Below are positions 30,658 to 40,372 of a DNA stretch of 64,000 nucleotides, one piece after another. The position numbers and the translations under genes are program-made. The notes below the pieces were generated by a model, which did no database searches, was not told the DNA's origin, and saw nothing but the letters and a program-made list of their open reading frames with translations. Within the stretch, counting starts at the first letter, position 1. Each line of letters opens with the position of its first letter. The stretch comes from Candidatus Acidiferrum sp. (GTDB lineage Bacteria > Acidobacteriota > Terriglobia > Acidiferrales > UBA7541): contig DASYXF010000113.1 of NCBI GenBank assembly GCA_035935335.1, forward strand, positions 6,463-70,462, written 5' to 3'.

Positions 30658-31335
30658 ATGCCTCTACCCCGTTTGGCTTTTGCGTTGGCTGACGATAGCG
30701 GCCGGTCCGGCACCTCTGGTGCTGCGCTGGCATCGGGGACCTCCTTGACCCATCTTGAAGAGCGCGCCCTTGTCCAGGAAGCTCAGGCTGGCAGTCGCCT
30801 AGCATTCGAGGAGCTAGTACGCCGTTACGACCGTGACGTCCTGCGGTTAGCCCTGAACCTGATGAAGCGCACCGAGGACGCCCGCGACGTCTACCAGGAA
30901 GCCTTCCTCAAGGTCTACCGCAATCTCCACCGCTTCCGCTTCGAATGCAGCTTCTACACCTGGCTGTATCGCATCGTCACAAATGTCTGCCTCGACCACC
31001 TCCGCCGCCGCCAGGCTCGTCCCGAAGATCAAGCTCCCGAATTGCATGCGGCCCATTATGAAGAAGGAATCACGGATTTCTTTGAGCGCCAGAAAGAACA
31101 GCGGCCGTCTTCCGATCCCGAACGTCACCTGATGGGCCAGGAAATAAAGACCCGGCTGGCCCACGCGATGGAGCGGCTGTCGCCGCGCGAGCGCGTCGTC
31201 TTCGAAATGAAGCACTACCAGGGCCTGAAGCTGCGCGCCATCGGCGACGCCCTGGGCACCAGCGAAGAAACCGTCAAGAACTCGCTCTTCCGCGCCACCC
31301 GGAAGCTCCGCAGCCAGTTGGGAGAACTCCGATGA
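30658..31335 (+). CDS. ECF RNA polymerase sigma factor
   Basis: DARDVYQEAFLKVY, FYTWLYRIVTNVCLD and region 4 IGDALGTSEETVKNSLFRA. Confidence 0.95.
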   Translation: MPLPRLAFALADDSGRSGTSGAALASGTSLTHLEERALVQEAQAGSRLAFEELVRRYDRDVLRLALNLMKRTEDARDVYQEAFLKVYRNLHRFRFECSFYTWLYRIVTNVCLDHLRRRQARPEDQAPELHAAHYEEGITDFFERQKEQRPSSDPERHLMGQEIKTRLAHAMERLSPRERVVFEMKHYQGLKLRAIGDALGTSEETVKNSLFRATRKLRSQLGELR

Positions 31336-32447
31336 CGCCGGCAGAACTGAAGAACGCTTGCGAACGGGTGGCGCCGCTGCTGGTTTTTTATGCTTGCGGC
31401 GAACTGGATGCCAGTGAAACGGCGTTGGTCCAGCAGCATCTCGCCGTTTGCGCCGCGTGCAACGCACAACTCTCCGAAGAAAAGAGTTTGCAGACCCTCT
31501 TTGCTTCTCTCCCACAGGATGCCGACCGGCTGGACTCGGCTGGCGTATTGCTTTCGCAATGTCGCAGCGAACTTGCGGAAACGCTCGACGACCTGGTCCG
31601 GCCGCCGGTCCTGGAAAAGACGCCGGCGTTCGGTGCGTTTCGGCGCTGGATGGCGCTGCGTCCCGCGTGGAGCGGGGCCGTGCTGGTGGCGTTTGGGCTT
31701 CTGATCGGTGTGCAGGCTTCGCAATGGTATTTTGCGCGGAATGCCGTGAATCCGCTCGATGAGGCCGTGAATGTGCGCCCGGGTCCGCATTTTTCAGACG
31801 ACCAGCTTTCGAAAATGGCGGTTGCGGGAATCAATTTCTCGCCTTCCCTCGGCAGTGGCGCCCAGAATGTTCGCGTGGAATTGAACGCCGAACAGCCCGT
31901 GGAACTGACCGGCAGTCTGGACGACTCCGATGTCCGCCACGTGATCACCTATGTGGTGAAGAGCGGCGATCGATTTGATCCTGGCATGCGGCTGGACTGC
32001 CTGGAAGCGCTGAAAGCGCGCGCGGGAGACTCCGACGTGCGCGACGCGCTGTTGGCGGCGGCACGCAAGGATCAGAATCCGGCGGTTCGCCTGAAGGCCT
32101 TGGAGGCGCTGCGCGATTCCACTGCCGATGACGCCGTTCGCGGGGTTCTGCTCGACGCCCTGCGGCACGATTCGAATCCGGGAGTTCGCGTGGAAGCGGT
32201 TAATCTCCTGGTAGGCTCGCTGGAGAAATCGGGGAATGGAGACGCCGCACCGTCAATGCTGCCGGGTATGCCGCCCATGCCGGACGGAAACACGGTTCCG
32301 GCGATTGCCAACGGTAAAGCGCATCAGGTTTCCATGACCGGCGTGATCATGACGTTGGAAGATCTGCGGCGCACCGACCCGAGCAGCTACGTTCGGTTGC
32401 GCAGTGCGGCCGCCCTGCGGCAGCTTAGCGCGCGCAACGACCAGTAA
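31332..32447 (+). CDS. Anti-sigma factor: zf-HC2, TM and HEAT repeats
   Basis: HLAVCAAC zinc motif, TM helix, D.NP.VRL.A repeats; ATGA overlap with the sigma gene. Confidence 0.88.
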   Translation: MTPAELKNACERVAPLLVFYACGELDASETALVQQHLAVCAACNAQLSEEKSLQTLFASLPQDADRLDSAGVLLSQCRSELAETLDDLVRPPVLEKTPAFGAFRRWMALRPAWSGAVLVAFGLLIGVQASQWYFARNAVNPLDEAVNVRPGPHFSDDQLSKMAVAGINFSPSLGSGAQNVRVELNAEQPVELTGSLDDSDVRHVITYVVKSGDRFDPGMRLDCLEALKARAGDSDVRDALLAAARKDQNPAVRLKALEALRDSTADDAVRGVLLDALRHDSNPGVRVEAVNLLVGSLEKSGNGDAAPSMLPGMPPMPDGNTVPAIANGKAHQVSMTGVIMTLEDLRRTDPSSYVRLRSAAALRQLSARNDQ

Positions 32448-32483
32448 ACCGGCGCAACGGATTTGGATTAAGATGTCGAACCG

Positions 32484-34274
32484 ATGAAAGCGATTCCGCG
32501 CGACAACATTTCCGGAAAGCTCGTGCCGTGGCTGATGGCCGTGTGCTTCGGCTTGGCGTTGTCTGTTGCCACATCCTGCGTTTTCTGCCGCGTTTGCAAA
32601 GCCGAAAATGTTCCGCCGCACCTCTCCGCGGATCGCACCGGGGAATTGCCCGCGGGTGATGCGCGCACGTTTTCCCTGATCGCAGACATGGGCTCTGTGC
32701 ACATCCTTCCCCAGCCCGCCGGTGCGCCACAGGCCGTACGTTACACCGTGCACCTGGAAACGGATGCCCACGAGCCGCTTTCGCAAATGCTCTTTAACCG
32801 CTACGTGCTGAATTTTCGAGAGGCCCGCGGCAGGATTGCCTTGAACGGCATGTTGCCGAAACTGCGAGGCATGGCCGGGCGCAACGCGCAATTCTGGGTG
32901 CAGTTCACCGTGTACGTTCCGGCGAATTTTTCCGTCGAAGTGCACACGGGTGGCGGCGACATTGAGACCGGCGATATCGGCGGCCATGCGTTACTGGTGA
33001 CCGACGGCGGGAACATCACCACGGGCCGAATCGGTGGAATCGACCATCTTGCCAGGCTGGATACCGCCCCGGTCGCAAAAATTGAAACCCAGGGCGGGCA
33101 CATCACGGTTCTTGACGTCGCCGGCGATTTGGATGCCTACACCGCCGGCGGATTCATCCAGGCGCGCGACGTCGCGGGCAACGCCAAGATTCGCACCGGT
33201 GGCGGGCACATTCGCGCCGCTCACATTCGCGGCACCGCGCAACTGGAGACCGACGGCGGCAACATCACGGTCGGCGAGGCGGGCGCGCTGGTTGGCGTGC
33301 GCACCGGCGGCGGGCAGATCGATTTCGGCGAAGTGCACGGTTCCGTTCACGCGGAAACGGCCGGGGGCGGCGTGCGCGTGATGTACGTTTCGGGCCCGAT
33401 GGAAGTGCAAACCAGCGGCGGCGGCATCTGCCTGACACGTGTTTCAAACATCGTGCGCGCAGCAACCGGCAACGGCACCATCACCGCGTGGATCACGCCT
33501 GATTCCGGCGACTCTTCGCGACCCGTACGGCTGCCGGGACCGTCACAACTTTCTTCCGGTACCGGGGACATCGTCGTTTTTCTGCCGCGCAACCTGGCGG
33601 CCACCATCGAAGCCAGTGTGGAAAATGGCGGCGCGGATCGCATCGAAGCGGATTCGGCTCTTGGACTGAATCTGGAGGCGCGCGAGGACGGGCCGGTGCG
33701 CGCCTCCGGAGCTTTGAACGGCGGCGGCGCAATCCTGAAGTTGAAGAGTAACGGTGGAAAAATCCGCCTTCAGTATGTTGACGAACAAACCGCTCTCCGG
33801 CAATCGCTGCAAGAGGAGCAGAGACGCCGCCTGGAACAAAAATTAAGCCAGATGGGATTCCAGCAGGAATCGACTTCCGCGACCACCAATACGTCCACGC
33901 AAACGGCGACCAGCGTTGTGACCTGCACGGGAGCAGGCGCCGACTGGTGGGACTCCTGGAAAAGCCGGCTGCAGGTGACCTTTTTGGGTGGGGTCCGCGA
34001 GGAACCGGATGAATTCAAGAAACGCCTGATCAATTCACCGCCGCCCGATTATCCGCAGATGCCGCGGCGCGCCGGCATTCAGGGCGTGGTTCGTTTGCAA
34101 GTGCGAGCGAAAACGGATGGAACGCTGGAAGTGGAAAAGGTTATAGAAGGGGAGCCGGCTCTGGTGGAAGCGGCGATGGCCGCGGTGCGGCAATGGCGTG
34201 CGAATCCGGGAGACATTTGCGGCAAGAAGGTGGATGTAATTTCAACGTTGGCTTTTAACTTTCAGCTCCGTTAG
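32484..34274 (+). CDS. DUF4097-type beta-repeat protein fused to a TonB C-terminal domain
   Basis: Repeated TxGGxI units; C-terminal PDYP..RRAGIQGVVRL...AVRQW. Confidence 0.75.
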   Translation: MKAIPRDNISGKLVPWLMAVCFGLALSVATSCVFCRVCKAENVPPHLSADRTGELPAGDARTFSLIADMGSVHILPQPAGAPQAVRYTVHLETDAHEPLSQMLFNRYVLNFREARGRIALNGMLPKLRGMAGRNAQFWVQFTVYVPANFSVEVHTGGGDIETGDIGGHALLVTDGGNITTGRIGGIDHLARLDTAPVAKIETQGGHITVLDVAGDLDAYTAGGFIQARDVAGNAKIRTGGGHIRAAHIRGTAQLETDGGNITVGEAGALVGVRTGGGQIDFGEVHGSVHAETAGGGVRVMYVSGPMEVQTSGGGICLTRVSNIVRAATGNGTITAWITPDSGDSSRPVRLPGPSQLSSGTGDIVVFLPRNLAATIEASVENGGADRIEADSALGLNLEAREDGPVRASGALNGGGAILKLKSNGGKIRLQYVDEQTALRQSLQEEQRRRLEQKLSQMGFQQESTSATTNTSTQTATSVVTCTGAGADWWDSWKSRLQVTFLGGVREEPDEFKKRLINSPPPDYPQMPRRAGIQGVVRLQVRAKTDGTLEVEKVIEGEPALVEAAMAAVRQWRANPGDICGKKVDVISTLAFNFQLR

Positions 34275-34355
34275 TGTATTGGGGCTGGGGTCAGCGGTTC
34301 GGGTTTGTCGGTCGTCCTGGGGGAAGTTCGAGGTAGTCCGCGCGAAGGAGGCTGT

Positions 34356-35123
34356 ATGAAGTTTCGCTCAGCGATCCGTTCGATTGGTCTGACTCTTTCG
34401 GCCGTGTCCTTGTTAGCCGTTCCAGCGTGTTTCGGCGTCACGCGCGAATTTGCGCAAACGTATCACCTGAAGTCCGATGGCACCCTGGAGTTGAGCAACA
34501 TCAACGGCACGGTGCGAATCGAGGGTTGGGACAAGGATGAGGTAGAGGTGCGCGCGGTCAAGACGACCACCGACAAGGAGTCCAAGCTGGACCTCGTCTC
34601 GATTGACGTGAACTCCAGCCCCGACAGCCTTTCCATCTCGACGCGGTATCCCTCCGAAGAGGGCGTGGAAGTCGCCGTCGAATACACCGTCCATGTGCCG
34701 CGCCACGCGCTGCTGAAGCACATCAACACGGTCAACGGGACGCTCCGCGTCAAGGATCTTGAATCGCTCGGCGACCTGCATACCGTCAACGGCAACATCG
34801 AAGTTTATGAGAGCAGCGGCAATCTGCACGCGCGCACGACGAACGGAAACGTCTATGTCGAGCTGAAACATCCCGCTGACCTGCAGGGCACGCAGGCGGA
34901 AACGACCAATGGCTCCGTCCTGCTGGCGATCCCCGCGGATTCGCAGGCCAACCTCGAAGCCCGTTGCATGAACGGCAGCTTTTCCACCGAGCTTCCCTTC
35001 GTCATGGAAGGCGCCATCCAGCCTCGCGTCCTAAAGGGACGGCTGGGCAAGGGCGGCGCTCCCATCCGGCTCGGAACCGTGAATGGCGCAATCCGCGTCG
35101 TCGCGCTCCGGTCGACCATTTAG
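34356..35123 (+). CDS. DUF4097-family exported beta-repeat protein
   Basis: Signal peptide; repeated T(V/T)NGx(I/V/L) units. Confidence 0.8.
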   Translation: MKFRSAIRSIGLTLSAVSLLAVPACFGVTREFAQTYHLKSDGTLELSNINGTVRIEGWDKDEVEVRAVKTTTDKESKLDLVSIDVNSSPDSLSISTRYPSEEGVEVAVEYTVHVPRHALLKHINTVNGTLRVKDLESLGDLHTVNGNIEVYESSGNLHARTTNGNVYVELKHPADLQGTQAETTNGSVLLAIPADSQANLEARCMNGSFSTELPFVMEGAIQPRVLKGRLGKGGAPIRLGTVNGAIRVVALRSTI

Positions 35124-35160
35124 CGTCTCTTGCGTCTAACCAGACGAAGGAGAAACACAC

Positions 35161-36216
35161 ATGATTCAACGGCAAATGTGGACAAGCCTCGGCTTGGGCG
35201 GGTTGAGTGTTCTACTCATCGCTCTTCCGGGTTCTTCCAGTCAAACAAAAGAATCTCCCAAAGCGGCTCGCTCGGCCCAGGCGCAGGAAATTTCACAGTC
35301 CCAGGTCAAAGTGATTCCGGATATGGACATCCAGGTGGAACCCCTCGACAACGAGATTTACGTCACGGTGAACGATGTCGAAGACGGCAACACCCTGGTG
35401 CAGGAGTCCGACGACCCCAAAATCGCGGACGACGACAATTTCCAGATCTTCATGGGCGCTGGCGGAGGGTGGCTCGGTGTAGGCGTTTCTGAAGTTTCCG
35501 CCGAAAAGGTAAAGTCGCTGAAACTACCTGAAGAACGGGGTGCGCTGCTTGGAAAGATTGTTCCCGACAGCCCTGCTGCCAAGGCCGGCCTGAAAGAAAA
35601 TGACGTGGTGCTCGAAGTCAACGGCCAACGAATCGAAGGTACGGAACAGTTTCGCCGCATGATTCATGAAATTCCCGCCGGCCGGAACGTGAACCTTACG
35701 GTGTGGCGCGATGGCCGTTCGCAAAACATCAAAGTCACCGTCGGAAAGCACGAGGCCGGCAACATGAAAGTGTTCGCGGATGGGCCGAAGTCTTTCGCAT
35801 TCAAAATGCCGACGCTTCCCGAAATGCCGGACCTGTCCGGACTCGAGCATCTGCGCTCGTTTGCAATGATTTCGCCGGGGCGCCCGCTGCTCGGCATTGA
35901 CGCGGAAAATCTGAAAGGCGACTTTGGCAATTACTTTGGCGCACCGGACGGCGAAGGAGTACTGGTGCGTGGTGTGTTTGCGAACTCCGCCGCTGCCAAG
36001 GCAGGTCTGAAGGTTGGCGACGTGATCACCAGCCTGAACGGCGGGCGTATCCGCAACGCCAGCGAGCTTCGCGAAAAGTTGCTAACCCATCACGAAGAAA
36101 AAAACATCGAGTTGGGCGTCCTCCGCAATAAGAGCGAGCTTAAGCTTTCCGTGGAGCTGCCTCAGCAGAAAGACGACGAAGAAGAGCACGTCCTTTCGGA
36201 ACGCACGCATATTTAA
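35161..36216 (+). CDS. Exported tandem-PDZ protein (no protease domain visible)
   Basis: WLGV...SPAAKAGLKENDVV and LLGI...SAAAKAGLKVGDVI. Confidence 0.88.
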   Translation: MIQRQMWTSLGLGGLSVLLIALPGSSSQTKESPKAARSAQAQEISQSQVKVIPDMDIQVEPLDNEIYVTVNDVEDGNTLVQESDDPKIADDDNFQIFMGAGGGWLGVGVSEVSAEKVKSLKLPEERGALLGKIVPDSPAAKAGLKENDVVLEVNGQRIEGTEQFRRMIHEIPAGRNVNLTVWRDGRSQNIKVTVGKHEAGNMKVFADGPKSFAFKMPTLPEMPDLSGLEHLRSFAMISPGRPLLGIDAENLKGDFGNYFGAPDGEGVLVRGVFANSAAAKAGLKVGDVITSLNGGRIRNASELREKLLTHHEEKNIELGVLRNKSELKLSVELPQQKDDEEEHVLSERTHI

Positions 36217-36234
36217 TTCCCTTGCAGACACAGC

Positions 36235-36275
36235 GGCCCGGCTCGCAATGATTTCAGAGCCGGGCCTCCCTTTTT
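36235..36275 (+). terminator. Intrinsic terminator between the ECF operon and the convergent RiPP locus
   Basis: GGCCCGGCTC...GAGCCGGGCC hairpin followed by CCCTTTTT. Confidence 0.6.
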
Positions 36276-36315
36276 GTGGAATCTGATTTAATTCGCAAAG
36301 ACCTTCCGATTCCCT

Positions 36316-37497
36316 CTATCCATCCTGGCCATACTTGCGCATCAACCGGAACGGCCGCTTGATCGCTTCCCAAACGCGCGAACCCCGCGCCTCGCGGCCT
36401 TCGGCCCAATCTTCCTGGGTCGGCGACAGCGACAATCGCGCCAGATAGGCCGCGCCGCTCGCTCCGCCTCCGCCCATCTTCAGCCGGAACATCGCTCTCT
36501 GGTGCAATGGCGGCGGTTCGTAGCCTGCTGTCGGCAGCCAGCCTTCCACTTGCCGTACCAAATCTCTCGCGGCACCGTCCGCCCTTGTACTCACGGCCAT
36601 GTCCGCGGGTACCGGCACGCCCAGCAGCGATTCGGCAAGCAGCAGCCCCACGTGCACCATTCTCTCCGCATCCACATCGCTCGCGGCCCGCAGCACACGG
36701 TCCCATGCGATTTCCGGGTGCCCCGCCACAATCCCGGCGATGTCCGCCGGCCACATCAGCCGCTCCCAGAAGTGCTTCGCTCCGTGGATGCAATCGAGCA
36801 CCAGTTCGTCTTCCAGGCAAAGCGCTGGAACTTCGTGTCCCTCCAATGGCACACGTCTTTGCCGGGCGAACAAGTCCTCGATCCGCATAGGGCGCGGGTA
36901 GTACCGGAAAGTCTTCTCGGTATGAAGTTCCACAATCTGATGCGCTCCGGCTTTCCTGAAAAGATATTCCCCCGGGATTTTGCCCGCCAGGATGGCCGCC
37001 TCCGGAACGTCCGCTTCGAACCCAAGCCCAGTCAGAATCCTGCAGGCGGGAAAAATCGCAGAATCCCTCACCAGAAGATCGAGATCCACGTAACTGCGCA
37101 CCGCCGGGTCGCCATAGGCCAGCAGCGACGCCACCGGGCCTTTCACCAGAATGGTCTTTATGCCCGCCTGCTTGAAGGAATCGAGAATGCGAAAAAGTTC
37201 CGCGGTCATGCCCAGGGTAAAGATGTGCTGTGCATGCATCCTGCGCTGGAGTTTTGCCCAGGCGTCTGCGGGCACTCCCGCGTGGCCGCTCTCCTCAAGG
37301 CGTCTGGTGACTACCCCCAGGACGCTGTGCTCCTCGGCAAGTTCCAGCGCCAGGCTCCAGTCCAGCCCCGCCGTCAGGGAGGAAATTCCGGCAGCTGACG
37401 ATGGCGCGGGAGAAACACATGCGCACAGAAACTTCCATTCACGAGCGAAGGGCTTTGTTCCCCATGGAAAGAAGGCCGTCAAAAATTGCTCCTGCAA
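36316..37497 (-). CDS. Nucleotidyltransferase family protein (NTP_transf_5-like, RiPP-associated)
   Basis: LDW..., ILVKG, YGDPAVRSYVDLDLLV, VELH, HGAKHFWERLMW..DI. The start codon is uncertain. Confidence 0.85.
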   Translation of the reverse strand: MQEQFLTAFFPWGTKPFAREWKFLCACVSPAPSSAAGISSLTAGLDWSLALELAEEHSVLGVVTRRLEESGHAGVPADAWAKLQRRMHAQHIFTLGMTAELFRILDSFKQAGIKTILVKGPVASLLAYGDPAVRSYVDLDLLVRDSAIFPACRILTGLGFEADVPEAAILAGKIPGEYLFRKAGAHQIVELHTEKTFRYYPRPMRIEDLFARQRRVPLEGHEVPALCLEDELVLDCIHGAKHFWERLMWPADIAGIVAGHPEIAWDRVLRAASDVDAERMVHVGLLLAESLLGVPVPADMAVSTRADGAARDLVRQVEGWLPTAGYEPPPLHQRAMFRLKMGGGGASGAAYLARLSLSPTQEDWAEGREARGSRVWEAIKRPFRLMRKYGQDG

Positions 37498-37622
37498 CGA
37501 CGTTTGCCAGTGTACACCGGCAATTCAACCGCCCGCAGGAGTTGTAAGCTGGAAACATCCTTTGCCGGAATTTGAATCGGGGGTTTGACGACCAGGGAAC
37601 CGTGGCAGAAGAGAGAAATTGC

Positions 37623-38741
37623 TTAACGGGTGGCAGCGGCGACGGGCACCGTGTTCGGTAATGTCTGGATTTGAACCAGCCCGGGCAGACTGGGCTTCCG
37701 GGAGAGCAGGTTGGCCGACGGGATTCCAGTACGCGCGAAAGATTTCTCGCAATCCTGCGAGGATGGCCCGCGCATGTTCCCTTCCATATAGGCAAGACCC
37801 GGGCACCGCGTGCAGGTACCGCCATGCGCGCACTGGGAGCAGCTCGTCATATCTCGCAGCTTGATGGACCGCACTTCATCGAACTGCGGAGAATGGCGCC
37901 AGATATCCAAAAACTTTGACTTCCTGACATTGCCGGTCGGGAGGGGAAACTGCACGCAGGGGTAAACTTCACCGTACGGCGAGACGTAGCACGCCGTGTG
38001 ACCGGCGCTGCACGGCAGGCTATCCAGATCATCTTCGGTCACTTTAGGCGGCGGGGCGCAGAACTCTTCCGCGTTTCCAATCAGGCTCTCATCGCGAAAT
38101 ACTTTTGCGAGTTCGGAATGGTTGAGCCCCAATGCCAATAGCGAGCGGTCCCCGTCCATCTTCGGTGTGATCGTGGGATCCATGGTTACGCCGACACCAA
38201 GCTCCCCGCCCAGTGCTTTCACGCCGGGATAGTCGCCGATGTTCTGGAGCATAAGGGCGTTTGCAATCGAGACATTCAAGCCTTCTGACTTCAGGAAACG
38301 TATTGCATCCACCGAGCGTTGCAGCGAACCCCCAACCTTCGTAATAGCGTCATGGACTTCGGGGCGGTGGGAGTAGATGCTGATCTGAATGGAATGCACA
38401 CCCAGCGAGCGGAGGCGCTTGGCTTCGTTCTCCCGGATCAATATCGCGTTAGTCTTGAGCTTGACGCTGAAGAGAAGCGCGCGGGCGTGTTCGAGGATCT
38501 CGAAGAAATCCCGGCGCAGCATGATCTCTCCACCGCTCAATGTCAAAAAAAGAACGCCTGCTTGCGCCAATTGATCAAGGAGGTCTTTGATTTCCGTTGT
38601 GGTCATCTCGCCATGGTCTTCATGATCAAGGTAGCAATGAACGCATCGTTCGTTGCAGCGGTAGGTGAGATCGAGTTGAACGCTCAGCGGCACCCCAAGC
38701 TCGAGCGCGCGGTTGCTGATTTCCTGCATCAAGCCGGTCAT
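37623..38741 (-). CDS. Radical SAM/SPASM-domain peptide maturase
   Basis: CNERCVHC (CX3CX2C), SGGE, SPASM Cys pattern CSAG...VYPC...GNV...CSQC...CTRCPG...DC; ATGA overlap with the RRE gene. Confidence 0.93.
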   Translation of the reverse strand: MTGLMQEISNRALELGVPLSVQLDLTYRCNERCVHCYLDHEDHGEMTTTEIKDLLDQLAQAGVLFLTLSGGEIMLRRDFFEILEHARALLFSVKLKTNAILIRENEAKRLRSLGVHSIQISIYSHRPEVHDAITKVGGSLQRSVDAIRFLKSEGLNVSIANALMLQNIGDYPGVKALGGELGVGVTMDPTITPKMDGDRSLLALGLNHSELAKVFRDESLIGNAEEFCAPPPKVTEDDLDSLPCSAGHTACYVSPYGEVYPCVQFPLPTGNVRKSKFLDIWRHSPQFDEVRSIKLRDMTSCSQCAHGGTCTRCPGLAYMEGNMRGPSSQDCEKSFARTGIPSANLLSRKPSLPGLVQIQTLPNTVPVAAATR

Positions 38742-39058
38742 GAAGTCTCCCGCGGTGAAGAGTCGAGCCGCACGATGGGCTGGTCGGACACCAGCAGGAT
38801 GCCCTGACTTGCCAACTCCTGCACCAGCTCTTCGGCGTCTTTCAGTGCTATCTGGGGCGCGACTTCGAACTTCGCGCAAACTCGATCGGCGATTATTTCA
38901 TCGAGCGGAGTCCGGCCGTCCGCCGCTTCCCAAATTACCGTAGCCACCTGATTGAGCGAAAACACGCGGGAATCGCCCGCGGACATAATGACCATCTCGT
39001 CGCCCAGAAGCCGCGCCGCGGTTTGGGAACTCCGTGCGATATAGCACTTCCCGCTCAA
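38738..39058 (-). CDS. PqqD-family RiPP recognition element (RRE #2)
   Basis: SLNQVATVIWEAADG..LDEI...FEV...D..ELVQEL..QGIL; TTGA overlap with the upstream kinase. Confidence 0.9.
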   Translation of the reverse strand: MSGKCYIARSSQTAARLLGDEMVIMSAGDSRVFSLNQVATVIWEAADGRTPLDEIIADRVCAKFEVAPQIALKDAEELVQELASQGILLVSDQPIVRLDSSPRETS

Positions 39059-39870
39059 GCGATCATCTCCCACACCCGGGTATCCGGCAAAAACGTAAGC
39101 CGGCGTACCGGCACCCGGTCAGTAAAAGCGCACGCAGCATGGAACACCGACTTAACAAGGTTGGGGTCTCGAGCAAAGAATAGAATGTTTTCGAGCAGGC
39201 CTCGGGCAGCGTCCGCGGGGCTTACGGCTTCGATCTTGTTTTCGCGGCCCTGCGCCAGCAGGTATAGCGCCCCAAGTGGCGCGCGCACGTTCTCGCCCAG
39301 GCGGGCCAACTCGCCGGTAAACGGCGTGCCGAACGCGTAATAGTGCTCGTCCACTCTGCGTACGTAAGAAATTTCGTCAGTGAGAAGTGTGGCGTCCGGC
39401 GGTGCAAGACTCGCGATGGTCGTTTTCCCCGCACCCGAAAGCCCCGCGAAGAGAAATGCGCGGCCATTGCGCATCGCGCTCGCGGCATGGACCAGGAAGC
39501 CGCCCTCCGTGGCCAGCAGCAATGTATGCAGTATGCGCAGCACTGAATCGATGGAGTACGGATTGGCCGTCTGCCGGATCCGGCCTGAAGCGGTGGCGGG
39601 GTCCCACTCGGCGCGAAAATCACCACGCTCCATGGACCATCGCCCGGAATCCCAGTACACTCTCACATCTTCATCCGGGGAAATCGTTTGTGGTGGTGCC
39701 AGCTCAATCTGCAACTCGAAGCGCGCCTCGCTCGCAGAACTCACGAAGCCAGCATAGCGTTGTTCCAAGAGCTTCAGAAAGGCGGGATCGTCGGTGTGTA
39801 GCCGGATGGGTATCCCCCCGATTTCAATCACCAACGCCGAGCGGTTGATACCGGCAATCAGACTGGTCAC
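39055..39870 (-). CDS. HPr kinase-related P-loop protein (kinase #2)
   Basis: VHAAS...FAGLSGAGKTT...LLTDE...GTPF; GTGA overlap with the upstream peptidase. Confidence 0.8.
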   Translation of the reverse strand: MTSLIAGINRSALVIEIGGIPIRLHTDDPAFLKLLEQRYAGFVSSASEARFELQIELAPPQTISPDEDVRVYWDSGRWSMERGDFRAEWDPATASGRIRQTANPYSIDSVLRILHTLLLATEGGFLVHAASAMRNGRAFLFAGLSGAGKTTIASLAPPDATLLTDEISYVRRVDEHYYAFGTPFTGELARLGENVRAPLGALYLLAQGRENKIEAVSPADAARGLLENILFFARDPNLVKSVFHAACAFTDRVPVRRLTFLPDTRVWEMIA

Positions 39871-40361
39871 CAAACACCCTCGCTTGCGAGTGCGCTCCAG
39901 AATTCTGCGACACGCAAGTAAATGGACGTAGCCCGGTCAGAGGCGCGTAACATGCGGCAGAGTAATTGTTCCTGCACACCAGGATGGTCCGCAGGTTGAA
40001 ATCGTCTACCGCCGCGCTCGATAAACTTCACGCGGCCGAGCAACTCGTCAGGAGAAACTGGACAATCGTTCTGAACGACGCGATCGCCGCGGGTAATCAG
40101 ATGCGGCGCTTGCGGATCCGCGGACTTCTCCACGACGCGGTGAGTAATGAGCCTGCCGTCGCGCGCATAGAGCACGATTTGCCCGATGGAGATTTCCTGA
40201 AAGTTTGTATGCTGAACGGAGAGGAGGTCGCCGGGCCGGATGGCGGGAGTCATGCTGGTTCCTTTAACACTTACGCATGCCCATCCAAAGTTGCGCACAA
40301 TCTCCTCGACCAGATCGTTTCCCAAGGCGCTAAATCCCTCGGGGAACCGGTCCGAGAGCAA
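39867..40361 (-). CDS. S24/S26-family peptidase (Ser/His type, no membrane anchor seen)
   Basis: GTSMTPAIRPGD, THRV and TRGD motifs. Probable TTG start at 40361, because the longer ORF-track version overlaps the precursor gene. Confidence 0.8.
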   Translation of the reverse strand: MLSDRFPEGFSALGNDLVEEIVRNFGWACVSVKGTSMTPAIRPGDLLSVQHTNFQEISIGQIVLYARDGRLITHRVVEKSADPQAPHLITRGDRVVQNDCPVSPDELLGRVKFIERGGRRFQPADHPGVQEQLLCRMLRASDRATSIYLRVAEFWSALASEGVW

Positions 40362-40372
40362 AAACCCGCGGC

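Noticed and set aside
37439-37558. Short Cys-containing frame MFPAYNSCGRLNCRC... between the rSAM and NTase as a third precursor
   Set aside because: No YxxP leader box, and it overlaps the probable NTase start; unsupported.
37623-39058. PQQ biosynthesis (pqqD/pqqE)
   Set aside because: No pqqA (ExxxY), pqqB or pqqC is present; the neighbouring peptide is a Cys2 type.
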